Positions 1 to 8,178 of a stretch of 60,104 bases of DNA are shown here, one piece after another. The notes under the pieces were generated by a model. The model was not told where the DNA came from, did not search any database, and saw only the letters and a list, made by a program, of their open reading frames with translations. The stretch covers positions 1 through 60,104 of the forward strand of contig JBJTLY010000355.1 in the NCBI GenBank assembly GCA_046063275.1, written 5' to 3'. Each line of letters opens with the position of its first letter. The first letter of the stretch is position 1. This DNA comes from Novosphingobium sp. GTDB lineage: Bacteria; Pseudomonadota; Alphaproteobacteria; Sphingomonadales; Sphingomonadaceae. A program made the translations under genes and the position numbers.

Positions 1-431
1 ATCAATATTACGAAACCATCGCCGGCGGGGCCGGGGCGGGGCCGGGCTTTGCCGGGGCCTCTGCGGTGCAAACCCACATGACCAACAGCCGCCTGACCGA
101 CCCTGAGATATTGGAGACGCGGTTTCCCGTGCTGCTTGAGGATTTTCACATTCGCCGCGGTTCGGGCGGAAGCGGCAAATGGCGCGGCGGCGACGGCGCA
201 GTCCGGCGCTTGCGTTTCCTTGAACCGATGCAAGCGGGGATACTCGCCAATCGCCGCCGGACCGCGCCGTTCGGACTGGCCGGCGGCGGCGATGCCTTGC
301 ACGGAATCAACCGCGTTGAGCGGAGCTCAGGCGAGGTTGAGGTTCTCCCCGCGACCGCCAGCGTGACTGTCGAAGCAGGCGATGTCATGGTCATCGAAAC
401 GCCGGGCGGGGGAGGATACGGATGCCCATGA
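1..431 (+). CDS. 5-oxoprolinase / hydantoinase B family protein, C-terminal part (5' truncated by window)
   Basis: Frame 3 is open from the window start: [12 protein letters not shown]...[21 protein letters not shown]...[13 protein letters not shown]...[10 protein letters not shown], typical of the C-terminus of ATP-dependent oxoprolinases. Confidence 0.9.
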   Translation, partial: QYYETIAGGAGAGPGFAGASAVQTHMTNSRLTDPEILETRFPVLLEDFHIRRGSGGSGKWRGGDGAVRRLRFLEPMQAGILANRRRTAPFGLAGGGDALHGINRVERSSGEVEVLPATASVTVEAGDVMVIETPGGGGYGCP

Positions 432-1075
432 ACCTGTGGGTGCTGTCCGGCATCGCGGTGATGGTCGCGGGATTTGCGCTCAAAGTGAACCCGCTGCTGG
501 TGGTGCTGCTCGCTGCGGCGTCGAGCGGGCTGGCCGCCGGGCTTGATCCGATCGCGCTGATCGCCGCGTTTGGCAAAGCGTTCAACGACACCCGCTATGT
601 CAGCGCGATCTGGCTGGTGCTGCCGGTGATCGGGCTACTCGAGCGCCACGGCCTGCAGGAACGCGCGCGGGCGCTGATTGCAGGGATGAAGGGCGCGACG
701 CTGCCAAGACTGCTCACTGGATATCTGCTGCTGCGCCAGGTCATCTCGGCGCTGGGGCTGACCACGATTGCCGGGCAAGCGCAGACGGTCCGCCCACTGC
801 TCGCCCCGATGGCGCTCGCGGCGGCCGATCCTGCGGACGAGGTGGAGGCCGACCGGGTCAAGGCGATGGCCGCAGCGACCGACAATGTCGGGCTGTTCTT
901 CGGTGAGGACATCTTCCTCGCGATCGGGTCGATCCTGCTGATGAAGGGCTATCTCGAGCAACAGGGGATCGAGCTCACCCCGTTCGAGCTATCGGTCTGG
1001 GCGATCCCTACCGCTTTCGCCGCTTTCGCGATCCATGCGCTGCGGCTGCGGCGCTTCAAGTGGCGGCGCAAATGA
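428..1075 (+). CDS. DUF969 family membrane protein (putative 5-oxoproline transporter subunit)
   Basis: Hydrophobic; motifs [37 protein letters not shown]; ATGA overlap with the oxoprolinase stop. Confidence 0.85.
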   Translation: MNLWVLSGIAVMVAGFALKVNPLLVVLLAAASSGLAAGLDPIALIAAFGKAFNDTRYVSAIWLVLPVIGLLERHGLQERARALIAGMKGATLPRLLTGYLLLRQVISALGLTTIAGQAQTVRPLLAPMALAAADPADEVEADRVKAMAAATDNVGLFFGEDIFLAIGSILLMKGYLEQQGIELTPFELSVWAIPTAFAAFAIHALRLRRFKWRRK

Positions 1076-2010
1076 TCGCGCTGCCCTTCGTCTATCTGGT
1101 CGCCGGTGCTGTTTTCGCCGCCAGTGCGGTGTTGTCCGCGTTCAACACCGCCAAGCCGCGGCACTGGGTCAACGCTTTGTTCTGGGCGTTGCTCGCGCTG
1201 TCGATGCTCGCGGGCGACCGACTGGGTGACTTGGGCAACGGCGTACTGGTGATCGCCTTGGTCGGCGCTGCTGCGATCGGCCGGCTGGGCGGACCAGCGG
1301 AAGGCGCTCCTGCGGCGGAGCGACAGGAACGCGCGGCGCGGCACGGCAACCGGCTGTTCGCGCTCGCACTGATCATTCCGCTGACCGCGCTGGTCGGCAC
1401 ACTGCTGTTCCGCGCAGTGCCCAGTCTGGTCGATCCCAAGCAGGTTACGCTGGTCAGCCTCGCGCTAGGCGCGTTGATTGCCTTCGCGGTCGGGCTGATC
1501 TGGCTGCGCGAGCGGCCCGTCGCAGGGCTGAACGAGGGGCGGCGCCTGCTCGATGCGCTCGGCTGGGCGGCGATCCTGCCACAGATGCTGGCGAGCCTGG
1601 GCCTGATTTTCGCGCTGTCCGGCGTCGGCAAGGTGGTTGGCGGGCTGGCGGGCGAGGTCATCCCGGAAGGATCGCTGTTCGCTGCGGTGCTGGCCTATGG
1701 GCTGGGTATGGCGCTGTTCACCATGATCATGGGCAACGCCTTCGCCGCCTTTCCGGTGATGGCTGCGGCGATCGGCTTTCCGTTGCTCATCCAGCAGTAC
1801 CACGGCGATCCTGCGGTGGTCGCGGCGGTCGGCATGCTTGCGGGGTTCTGCGGCACGCTGATGACCCCGATGGCGGCGAACTTCAACATCGTCCCCGCGG
1901 CGCTGCTTGAGCTCAAGGACCGCAACGCGGTGGTCAAGATGCAGGTCCCGACCGCGCTGCCGCTGCTCGCGTTCAACATCGCACTGATCTATTGGGCGGC
2001 GTTCCGGTGA
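1072..2010 (+). CDS. DUF979 family membrane protein
   Basis: Multi-TM; motifs ILPQMLASLG, FTMIMGNAFAAF, GFCGTLMTPMAANFNIVPAALLE; ATGA overlap with DUF969. Confidence 0.85.
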   Translation: MIALPFVYLVAGAVFAASAVLSAFNTAKPRHWVNALFWALLALSMLAGDRLGDLGNGVLVIALVGAAAIGRLGGPAEGAPAAERQERAARHGNRLFALALIIPLTALVGTLLFRAVPSLVDPKQVTLVSLALGALIAFAVGLIWLRERPVAGLNEGRRLLDALGWAAILPQMLASLGLIFALSGVGKVVGGLAGEVIPEGSLFAAVLAYGLGMALFTMIMGNAFAAFPVMAAAIGFPLLIQQYHGDPAVVAAVGMLAGFCGTLMTPMAANFNIVPAALLELKDRNAVVKMQVPTALPLLAFNIALIYWAAFR

Positions 2011-3017
2011 GTGCGCTCGATGCCGCCACCGCCGCGCGATTCATGGCGCTGACGCTCGGCCACCTCGGCCGCGAATATCCGCACAAGCTCGACCACGTGC
2101 TCGATGGGCCGCAAGATGCGGAGACCCCCAGCGCGCTCCACCCGATCTTCCACGGCAGCTTCGATTGGCACAGCTGCGTCCACGGCTGGTGGCAGGTGCT
2201 GCACCTCGCGCGGTGCTTCCCGGATTTGCCTGAGGCGCTAGCAGTTCGTGATCGGGCCTCGGCGATGCTTACTGCCGAAAACTTTGCAGCTGAGACCGCG
2301 TACCTTGCACGGCCATCGGCGCGCGGATTTGAGCGCCACTATGGCTGGGCCTGGGCGCTTATGCTGCACGGCGAGATGGTGCAGCATGATGCAGCATGGG
2401 CGCAGCATGGTGGCGCCTTTGCTGCAGCATTTGCGCGGCGCTTTAGCGAATTCCTGCCGCTGCAGACTTACCCGATCCGCACCGGCACGCACTTCAATTC
2501 GGCTTTCGCGATGGTGCTGGCACTCGCCTGGGCACGGCGTCACGATGCTGTGCTTTTGGACTTGATAAAGGCGCGGGCAGCTGACTGGTTTGGCAAGGAC
2601 CGCGCCTGCCAGGCGTGGGAGCCGGGCGGAGACGAATTCCTCTCGCCCGCGCTGTGTGAAGCATTGCTGATGAGCCGGGTGCTCGGTCCAGACTTCGCCG
2701 CATGGTTCGATGCCTTCCTGCCGGGCTGCGCCAACGGGGAGCCGGCAACTCTCTTCACCCCCGCCGCCGTGTCCGACCGCAGCGACGGCAAGATCGCGCA
2801 TCTCGACGGGCTGAACCTGAGCCGGGCGTGGTGCTGGCGCGAATTGGCCGCAGCCTTGCGTTCGGATCATCCGGTGCAAAACGTCGCCGAAGGCGCCGTC
2901 CAAGGTCACCTGGCCGCAGCTTTGCCGCATATTTCGGGCGATTACATGGGCGAGCACTGGTTGGCGACCTTCGCCGTTCTGGCGCTCGAGGCAGGTTCCG
3001 AGCACGCGGCGATCTGA
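2007..3017 (+). CDS. DUF2891 family protein
   Basis: EYPHKLDH, FHGSFDWHSCVHGWW, AHLDGLNLSRAWC, YMGEHWLATF; GTGA overlap; usual neighbour of DUF969/979. Confidence 0.85.
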   Translation: MSALDAATAARFMALTLGHLGREYPHKLDHVLDGPQDAETPSALHPIFHGSFDWHSCVHGWWQVLHLARCFPDLPEALAVRDRASAMLTAENFAAETAYLARPSARGFERHYGWAWALMLHGEMVQHDAAWAQHGGAFAAAFARRFSEFLPLQTYPIRTGTHFNSAFAMVLALAWARRHDAVLLDLIKARAADWFGKDRACQAWEPGGDEFLSPALCEALLMSRVLGPDFAAWFDAFLPGCANGEPATLFTPAAVSDRSDGKIAHLDGLNLSRAWCWRELAAALRSDHPVQNVAEGAVQGHLAAALPHISGDYMGEHWLATFAVLALEAGSEHAAI

Positions 3018-3021
3018 TATA

Positions 3022-3040
3022 TGCAATCGATTGTTGTCTG
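3022..3040. promoter_or_regulatory. Putative LacI-family operator (TGCAATCGATTG core) upstream of MFS-GH68-GH32
   Basis: Perfect palindrome CAATCGATTG (3024-3033) with central CG; the 19-mer TGCAATCGATTGTTGTCTG recurs identically at 8101-8119. Confidence 0.75.
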
Positions 3041-3098
3041 AACGGAAAATGTGTGCGATGTAGAGCTCGGAGGGCCGGAAGCGGCACCGGGAGAGAGC

Positions 3099-4429
3099 AT
3101 GGAAAACCAGCGGCCACGCCTGTCATTGCTGCGCATTCTCGAGATGAATCTCGGGTTCCTCGGGCTGCAGTTCAGCTTCGGGTTGCAGCAGGCGAACATG
3201 GGCCGATCTGGGGCTATCTGGGTGCGAAAGAGGCTGACATTTCGTGGCTGGGTATTGCCGGGCCGCTCACCGGGCTGCTCGTCCAGCCGATCATCGGTGT
3301 GATGAGTGACCGCACCGGTGGCCGCTGGGGCCGGCGCACCCCCTATTTTCTGGTCGGCGCGGTGATGTGCGCGGCAGGGCTGTTCCTGATGCCGCTGTCC
3401 AGCGCGGTGATCATGGCCTTCTCGCTGATGTTCCTGCTCGATGTCGGCAACAACGTGACGATGGAGCCGTACCGCGCCTATGTGAATGACCGGCTCAATC
3501 CCGATCAGCGCGGCTGGGGGTTCCTGTCGCAAAGCGCGTTCACCGGGCTGGCGCAGACGCTGGCTTACCTCGCGCCGTCGCTGCTGGTTGGGTTCGGGCT
3601 CAGCCAGACCGGGCATGCCGGCGGCGGCATCCCGCCGTTCGTCAAGATTTCGTTCTGGATCGGCGCGCTTTTGTCGCTGTCGACGATTGTCTGGTCGGTG
3701 TTGCGCGTTCCCGAACTGCCGCTGTCGGCCGACGAGCAGGCGCGGATCGATCAGTTGCCGAAGAGTGTCGGTGCGACATTCCGCGAAGTGTTCGAAGCCG
3801 CGCGCGATATGCCGCAGGCGATGCGCACAATGGGCTGGATGAGTCTGTTCCAGTGGTACGCGATGTGCGGGCTGTGGGGCTATGCGACCAACTCGCTGTC
3901 GCGCTCGGCCTTCGGCAATGCCGATCTGCAGTCGGTGTTGTTCCAGGATGCGCAGCTGCTTTACGGCAAGGTTGGGGCGCTGTTCAATTTCGTGGCCTTC
4001 CTGACTGCGTTCATGATGCCGCGGATCGCCGCGCGGATCGGCGCGGCGCGGCTCCATGCGCTGTGCCTCACCGCGATGGCGGTATCGTTCCTGGCCTTCC
4101 CGCTGATCGGTGACAAGGCGCTGATTTTTACGACAGCGCTGGGTTTCGGGATCGGCTGGGCGAGCATCATGGGCAATCCGTACATCGTGCTGGCAAGTTC
4201 GATCCCGGCCGAGCGGACCGGGGTCTACATGGGCCTGTTCAACGTGATGATCTGCGCGCCGATGCTGCTCTACGCTGCAACGATGCCGTTCATGTTCGAT
4301 AGCCTGCTCGGCGGCGATCCACGTCACGTACTGACACTGTCGGGTGTCTTGATGCTCTGCGCCGCGCTCGCGGTGTCGCGGGTCAAGACCGGAGAACCCG
4401 TCCAGCCAACCGCACCGTCAGCTGCCTGA
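3099..4429 (+). pseudogene. MFS sucrose/maltose-type transporter with an apparent 1-nt deletion at ~3201-3203 (pseudogene or sequencing error)
   Basis: ATG 3099 after GGAGAG reads MENQRPRLSLLRILEMNLGFLGLQFSFGLQQANMG; the family continuation PIWGYLGA...[15 protein letters not shown]...WGRRTPY lies in another frame from 3203 to the stop at 4429. Confidence 0.8.
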
Positions 4430-4466
4430 ATGCGGCCGGTATGACAGATCAAAGGGGCAATTCCAG

Positions 4467-5588
4467 GTGAGTGAAGCAGCGGCCAATCTTGCGCCGAACA
4501 AGGTGACGCCGTGGCGTCCCGCCGCGATTGCCGGCGCTGAAATCGCGTTGATCGGGCCTGATGACGCGCGCCCGATTTTCCCGGGGATCGACCTGTGGGA
4601 CAGCTGGCCGCTCGCGCACGAAAACGGCGACACCGCGCGGATCGACGGGCGCGAATACTGGTTCTTCCTGAGCGCTCCGTGCTTTCCCGATCCCGGCCAG
4701 CGCCACGATGCCGCGCGCATCCGGCTCGCCTCGCTCGGTGACGACGGTTGGCGCGATCATGGCGAAGCGCTGCCCCGCGAAATCAGCCCGGGAACCCGCG
4801 AGTGGGCTGGCTCGGCAGTGCTGCTCGATGATCTGAAGACCGTGATCCTGTTGTTCACCGCTGCGGGCCGGAGGGGTGCAGCGGCCAGCTTTGAACAACG
4901 GCTGTTTGCCGCGACAGGCAGCTTTGGCGCGGATGGTCCGGAGGATTGGCGTGAACCCGTCGAAGTGCTTCGCGCCGATGGCCAGCGCTACGTCGTCGCG
5001 GCCGAAGCCGAAGGCAAGCCGGGCATGATCAAGGCGTTCCGCGATCCGGCCTGGTTCCGTGATCCAGCCACAGGCCTCAAGCATTTGCTGTTCACCGGCA
5101 GCGCCGGGTGGAGCGACGAAGAATACAACGGCGTGGTCGGCCTCGCCACCTTGGACGATTTGGGCAATTGGCAACTCCAGGAACCGCTGGTCGAAGCGGT
5201 TGGGGTCAACAACGAACTCGAACGCCCGCACCTGATCGTTCGCGGGGGGCGCTATTACCTGTTCTGGTCGACCCAGCGGCGGACTTTTGCGCCCGGCGGC
5301 ACGAACGGCCCCAACGGACTTTACGCGATGGTCGGGGAAAGCATCAGCGGGCCCTATCGCCCGGTCAACGGATCGGGTCTGGTCGCCGCCAATCCAGCCA
5401 GCGAACCGACCCAAGGCTACAGCTGGTGGGTTACCGGCGAAGGCCAGGTGTGGAGCTTCATCGATCATTGGGGCATGCAGGGGCGCACTTTCGACGAGCA
5501 CCCCGAACTGCTGCGCCAGCAATTCGGCGGCACTCCCGCGCCGGTCTTCGCACTCGATTTCGACGGCGACCGCGTCACCATCGCCTGA
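4467..5588 (+). CDS. Glycoside hydrolase family 68 (levansucrase/invertase-like)
   Basis: Motifs LWDSWPL (nucleophile), EWAGSA, FRDP, ELERPH (acid/base); no signal peptide. Confidence 0.88.
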   Translation: MSEAAANLAPNKVTPWRPAAIAGAEIALIGPDDARPIFPGIDLWDSWPLAHENGDTARIDGREYWFFLSAPCFPDPGQRHDAARIRLASLGDDGWRDHGEALPREISPGTREWAGSAVLLDDLKTVILLFTAAGRRGAAASFEQRLFAATGSFGADGPEDWREPVEVLRADGQRYVVAAEAEGKPGMIKAFRDPAWFRDPATGLKHLLFTGSAGWSDEEYNGVVGLATLDDLGNWQLQEPLVEAVGVNNELERPHLIVRGGRYYLFWSTQRRTFAPGGTNGPNGLYAMVGESISGPYRPVNGSGLVAANPASEPTQGYSWWVTGEGQVWSFIDHWGMQGRTFDEHPELLRQQFGGTPAPVFALDFDGDRVTIA

Positions 5589-5617
5589 TACATTTGTCGC
5601 CTGATTCAGGAGCATTC

Positions 5618-6910
5618 GTGCGCCCGCAATATCACTATGCCGCCGCAGCCAACTGGCTGAGCGATCCCAACGGCCTCGTCCACTGGAACGGGGAATGGCA
5701 CCTGTTCTACCAATACAACCCCGATGGCGAGCACTGGGGCAACATGAGCTGGGGCCACGCGGTGAGCCGCGACCTGGCGCAGTGGGACGAGCTTGCCCCG
5801 GCGCTGACCGGTGACGAACTCGGCATGATCTTCTCCGGTTCGGCAGTGATTGACCATGCCAATACCGCCGGGTTTGGCGCCGAAGCAATGGTTGCCATCT
5901 ACACCAGCGCGAGCGACGGCCCGCAGCGCCAGTCGCAAAGCATCGCCTGGAGCAATGACCATGGCCGCTCGTGGCACAAATATGCCGGCAACCCGGTGCT
6001 CGATGCGGGGCTTGCCGACTTCCGCGAGCCCAACGTGTTCTGGCATCAGCCAAGCGGGCGCTGGATCATGGTCGTGGTGCTGTCCGACCGGAACTGTGCC
6101 GCGATCTACGGCTCGAACGATCTCAAGCAGTGGGAACACTTGTCCGACATCGGCGGAGAAGATGCGCCGGGTGAGGTGTGGGAATGTCCGCTGCTGATCG
6201 AACTGCCGGTCGAAGGCGGCGGGCGGTGCTGGCTGTTCAAGGTCGATGTCTTGCGCGGCGCGCCGGGTTCGGGCGCCCTCTATCGCACCGGCAGCTTTGA
6301 CGGGACGTGCTTCGAAGCCGATCCGCAAGGCTGGCTGCCGCTCGACATGGGCACCGATTTCTACGCCGCGATCGCCTGGCATGAACCGCGCGACGACCAG
6401 GACCGCCCGCTGTGGATCGGCTGGCTGGGCAATCATGCCTACCAGGGGCAGCTCCCCCTGCAGGGCTGGCGGGGCGCGATGAGCGTGCCGCGGCGGCTGT
6501 CGTTGGCACCTGCTGGAGAATCCTTGCTGCTGCGTCAGGAGCTTGCCAAGGACGCCCTATCGCCAGTGCCGCTCGCCGATCCATTCGCCGAAAGCATTCC
6601 TGCCGCGGCAAAGCTCGAACTTCCCGGACACTGCGACTTCCGTGTTGCCATTGCTGATGCAGACGGGCGCTCGCTCGAAATCGAATTGCGCGGATCACAA
6701 TTGCTTGTCACCCGCCGCGATCCTTCGGTTCCCAGCCTGGATGCAGTGCAGACATTGGCGCTGCGCACAACCGATGCAATCGGCCTATGGCTTGACGTGG
6801 GCAGCCTTGAATTGTTGGCTGATGGAGGTTGTGCCGCGCTGACCGTCCAGCATCGCTTGCGCGGTGAAAGCTATATGCTCGTCGGGGCGATCGAGCCTGC
6901 GGCAGCTTGA
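5618..6910 (+). CDS. Glycoside hydrolase family 32 (levanase/beta-fructofuranosidase-like)
   Basis: GTG after CAGGAG; RPQYH, WLSDPNGL, WHLFYQYNP, WGHAVS, FSGSA, WECP; the RDP motif reads REP. Confidence 0.88.
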   Translation: MRPQYHYAAAANWLSDPNGLVHWNGEWHLFYQYNPDGEHWGNMSWGHAVSRDLAQWDELAPALTGDELGMIFSGSAVIDHANTAGFGAEAMVAIYTSASDGPQRQSQSIAWSNDHGRSWHKYAGNPVLDAGLADFREPNVFWHQPSGRWIMVVVLSDRNCAAIYGSNDLKQWEHLSDIGGEDAPGEVWECPLLIELPVEGGGRCWLFKVDVLRGAPGSGALYRTGSFDGTCFEADPQGWLPLDMGTDFYAAIAWHEPRDDQDRPLWIGWLGNHAYQGQLPLQGWRGAMSVPRRLSLAPAGESLLLRQELAKDALSPVPLADPFAESIPAAAKLELPGHCDFRVAIADADGRSLEIELRGSQLLVTRRDPSVPSLDAVQTLALRTTDAIGLWLDVGSLELLADGGCAALTVQHRLRGESYMLVGAIEPAAA

Positions 6911-6912
6911 TT

Positions 6913-7935
6913 TCAGGCGGTATCGCGGCGGATCAGCCGGGGCTCCATTTCGAGCGAGTCGCCAGCATTGCCGGCAATCCGTTCGAACAGTGTCTGGACC
7001 ATGGCACGGGCACCGATCGCGATACTTTGGCTGATCGTGGTGAGGCGCGGGATCGTCTGTTCGGCCAGCGGCAGATCGTCGAACCCGGTGACCGAAATAT
7101 CCTGCGGCACACGGATACCGCGATCAGCCAGCGCGCGCACCGTGTGCATCGCGATCAGGTCAGAAGCCGCCGCGATCCCATCGACCTCGGCATGGATCCG
7201 CTCGATGTGCGCGGCGATGTCTTCCGCCATCACGTCCGAGGCGAGGTGTGTATCGAGCTTGAGCGGGGCCGGCAAACCGGCTGCAGCCGCCGCATCGCAC
7301 AGGCCGTCAAAGCGGTCCTTGAGCTCGGGAGCGATCGCTTCGCCGAGAAAGGCGAGACGCCGCCGTCCGGCCTTGATCATGCATTCGCCGGCGAGCTGAC
7401 CGCCCTTGCGGTTGTCGACCCCCACGGTGCAGTGAATCTGGCCGGGCCGGTGGCTGCCCCAGACCACCATCGGCTTGTACCATTCGGCCACCCGTTCGAT
7501 CGTTTCGAACTGATTCGACTGGCCGATCAGCAGAACCCCGTCGAGCATCCCCGAATCGACGATCCGTTCAAGCCAATCGTCGGCATCGGGAATAACGCGG
7601 CTGAGCATGATGTCATAGCCGTTCTCGGTCAGCGTATCAGCCAGATGGCCAAGGATCGCCATGAAGAATGGATCGGACAGGTGCTGGCGCTGTTCGTGGC
7701 CCAGCGGCACGACCACGCCGATCACCTTGGTTTCCTGCACCCGCAGGCGCCGCGCCATCTGGTTGGGGCGAAAGCCGTGTTCGCGGGCCAGCGCCTGAAT
7801 GCGTTCGCGCGTATCCTTGTTTACTAGTGATTTGTCCGCCAGCGCGCGCGACACGGTGCCGGTGGATACGCCGGCCAGGCGCGCAAGCTCCGCAATGTTG
7901 CGAATTCGGGGTGGGGCGGACGGGTTATCGGGCAT
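6913..7935 (-). CDS. LacI family transcriptional regulator
   Basis: HTH IAELARLAGVSTGTVSRAL, hinge FRPNQMARRL, C-terminal VPQDISVTGFDD...LTTI. Confidence 0.93.
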   Translation of the reverse strand: MPDNPSAPPRIRNIAELARLAGVSTGTVSRALADKSLVNKDTRERIQALAREHGFRPNQMARRLRVQETKVIGVVVPLGHEQRQHLSDPFFMAILGHLADTLTENGYDIMLSRVIPDADDWLERIVDSGMLDGVLLIGQSNQFETIERVAEWYKPMVVWGSHRPGQIHCTVGVDNRKGGQLAGECMIKAGRRRLAFLGEAIAPELKDRFDGLCDAAAAAGLPAPLKLDTHLASDVMAEDIAAHIERIHAEVDGIAAASDLIAMHTVRALADRGIRVPQDISVTGFDDLPLAEQTIPRLTTISQSIAIGARAMVQTLFERIAGNAGDSLEMEPRLIRRDTA

Positions 7936-8077
7936 AAACTGACATTTTTCCAAGGACCACCACTACCCGCGCTCAATGTGGGGTAAACGGCAGTGCTGTC
8001 AACCGCCCGGACCAAAACATCTTTGCTGGAGAATTTTCCGTTTAGAATCGAACGCAAAGCAGTCCGCCGCAATTTTT

Positions 8078-8119
8078 TGCAATCGATTGACAAAAGCCGT
8101 TGCAATCGATTGTTGTCTG
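8078..8119. promoter_or_regulatory. Tandem LacI-type operators and candidate -35 box in the lacI / TonB receptor divergent region
   Basis: TGCAATCGATTG at 8078-8089 and 8101-8112; TTGACA at 8087-8092 overlaps the first copy. Confidence 0.75.
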
Positions 8120-8178
8120 TGCCATCTGCAATTCGACTTGTCGTCGAACAAGCATGAATCCATGGAGGGGATCGGGAT

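Noticed and set aside
2702-3202. N-terminal 167 codons of the 575-aa ORF 2702..4429
   Set aside because: Arg-rich nonsense overlapping DUF2891; the true transporter N-terminus is in another frame from 3099.
5108-5617. N-terminal extension of the 600-aa GH32 ORF
   Set aside because: Overlaps GH68 out of frame; the RBS and GTG at 5618 mark the real start.
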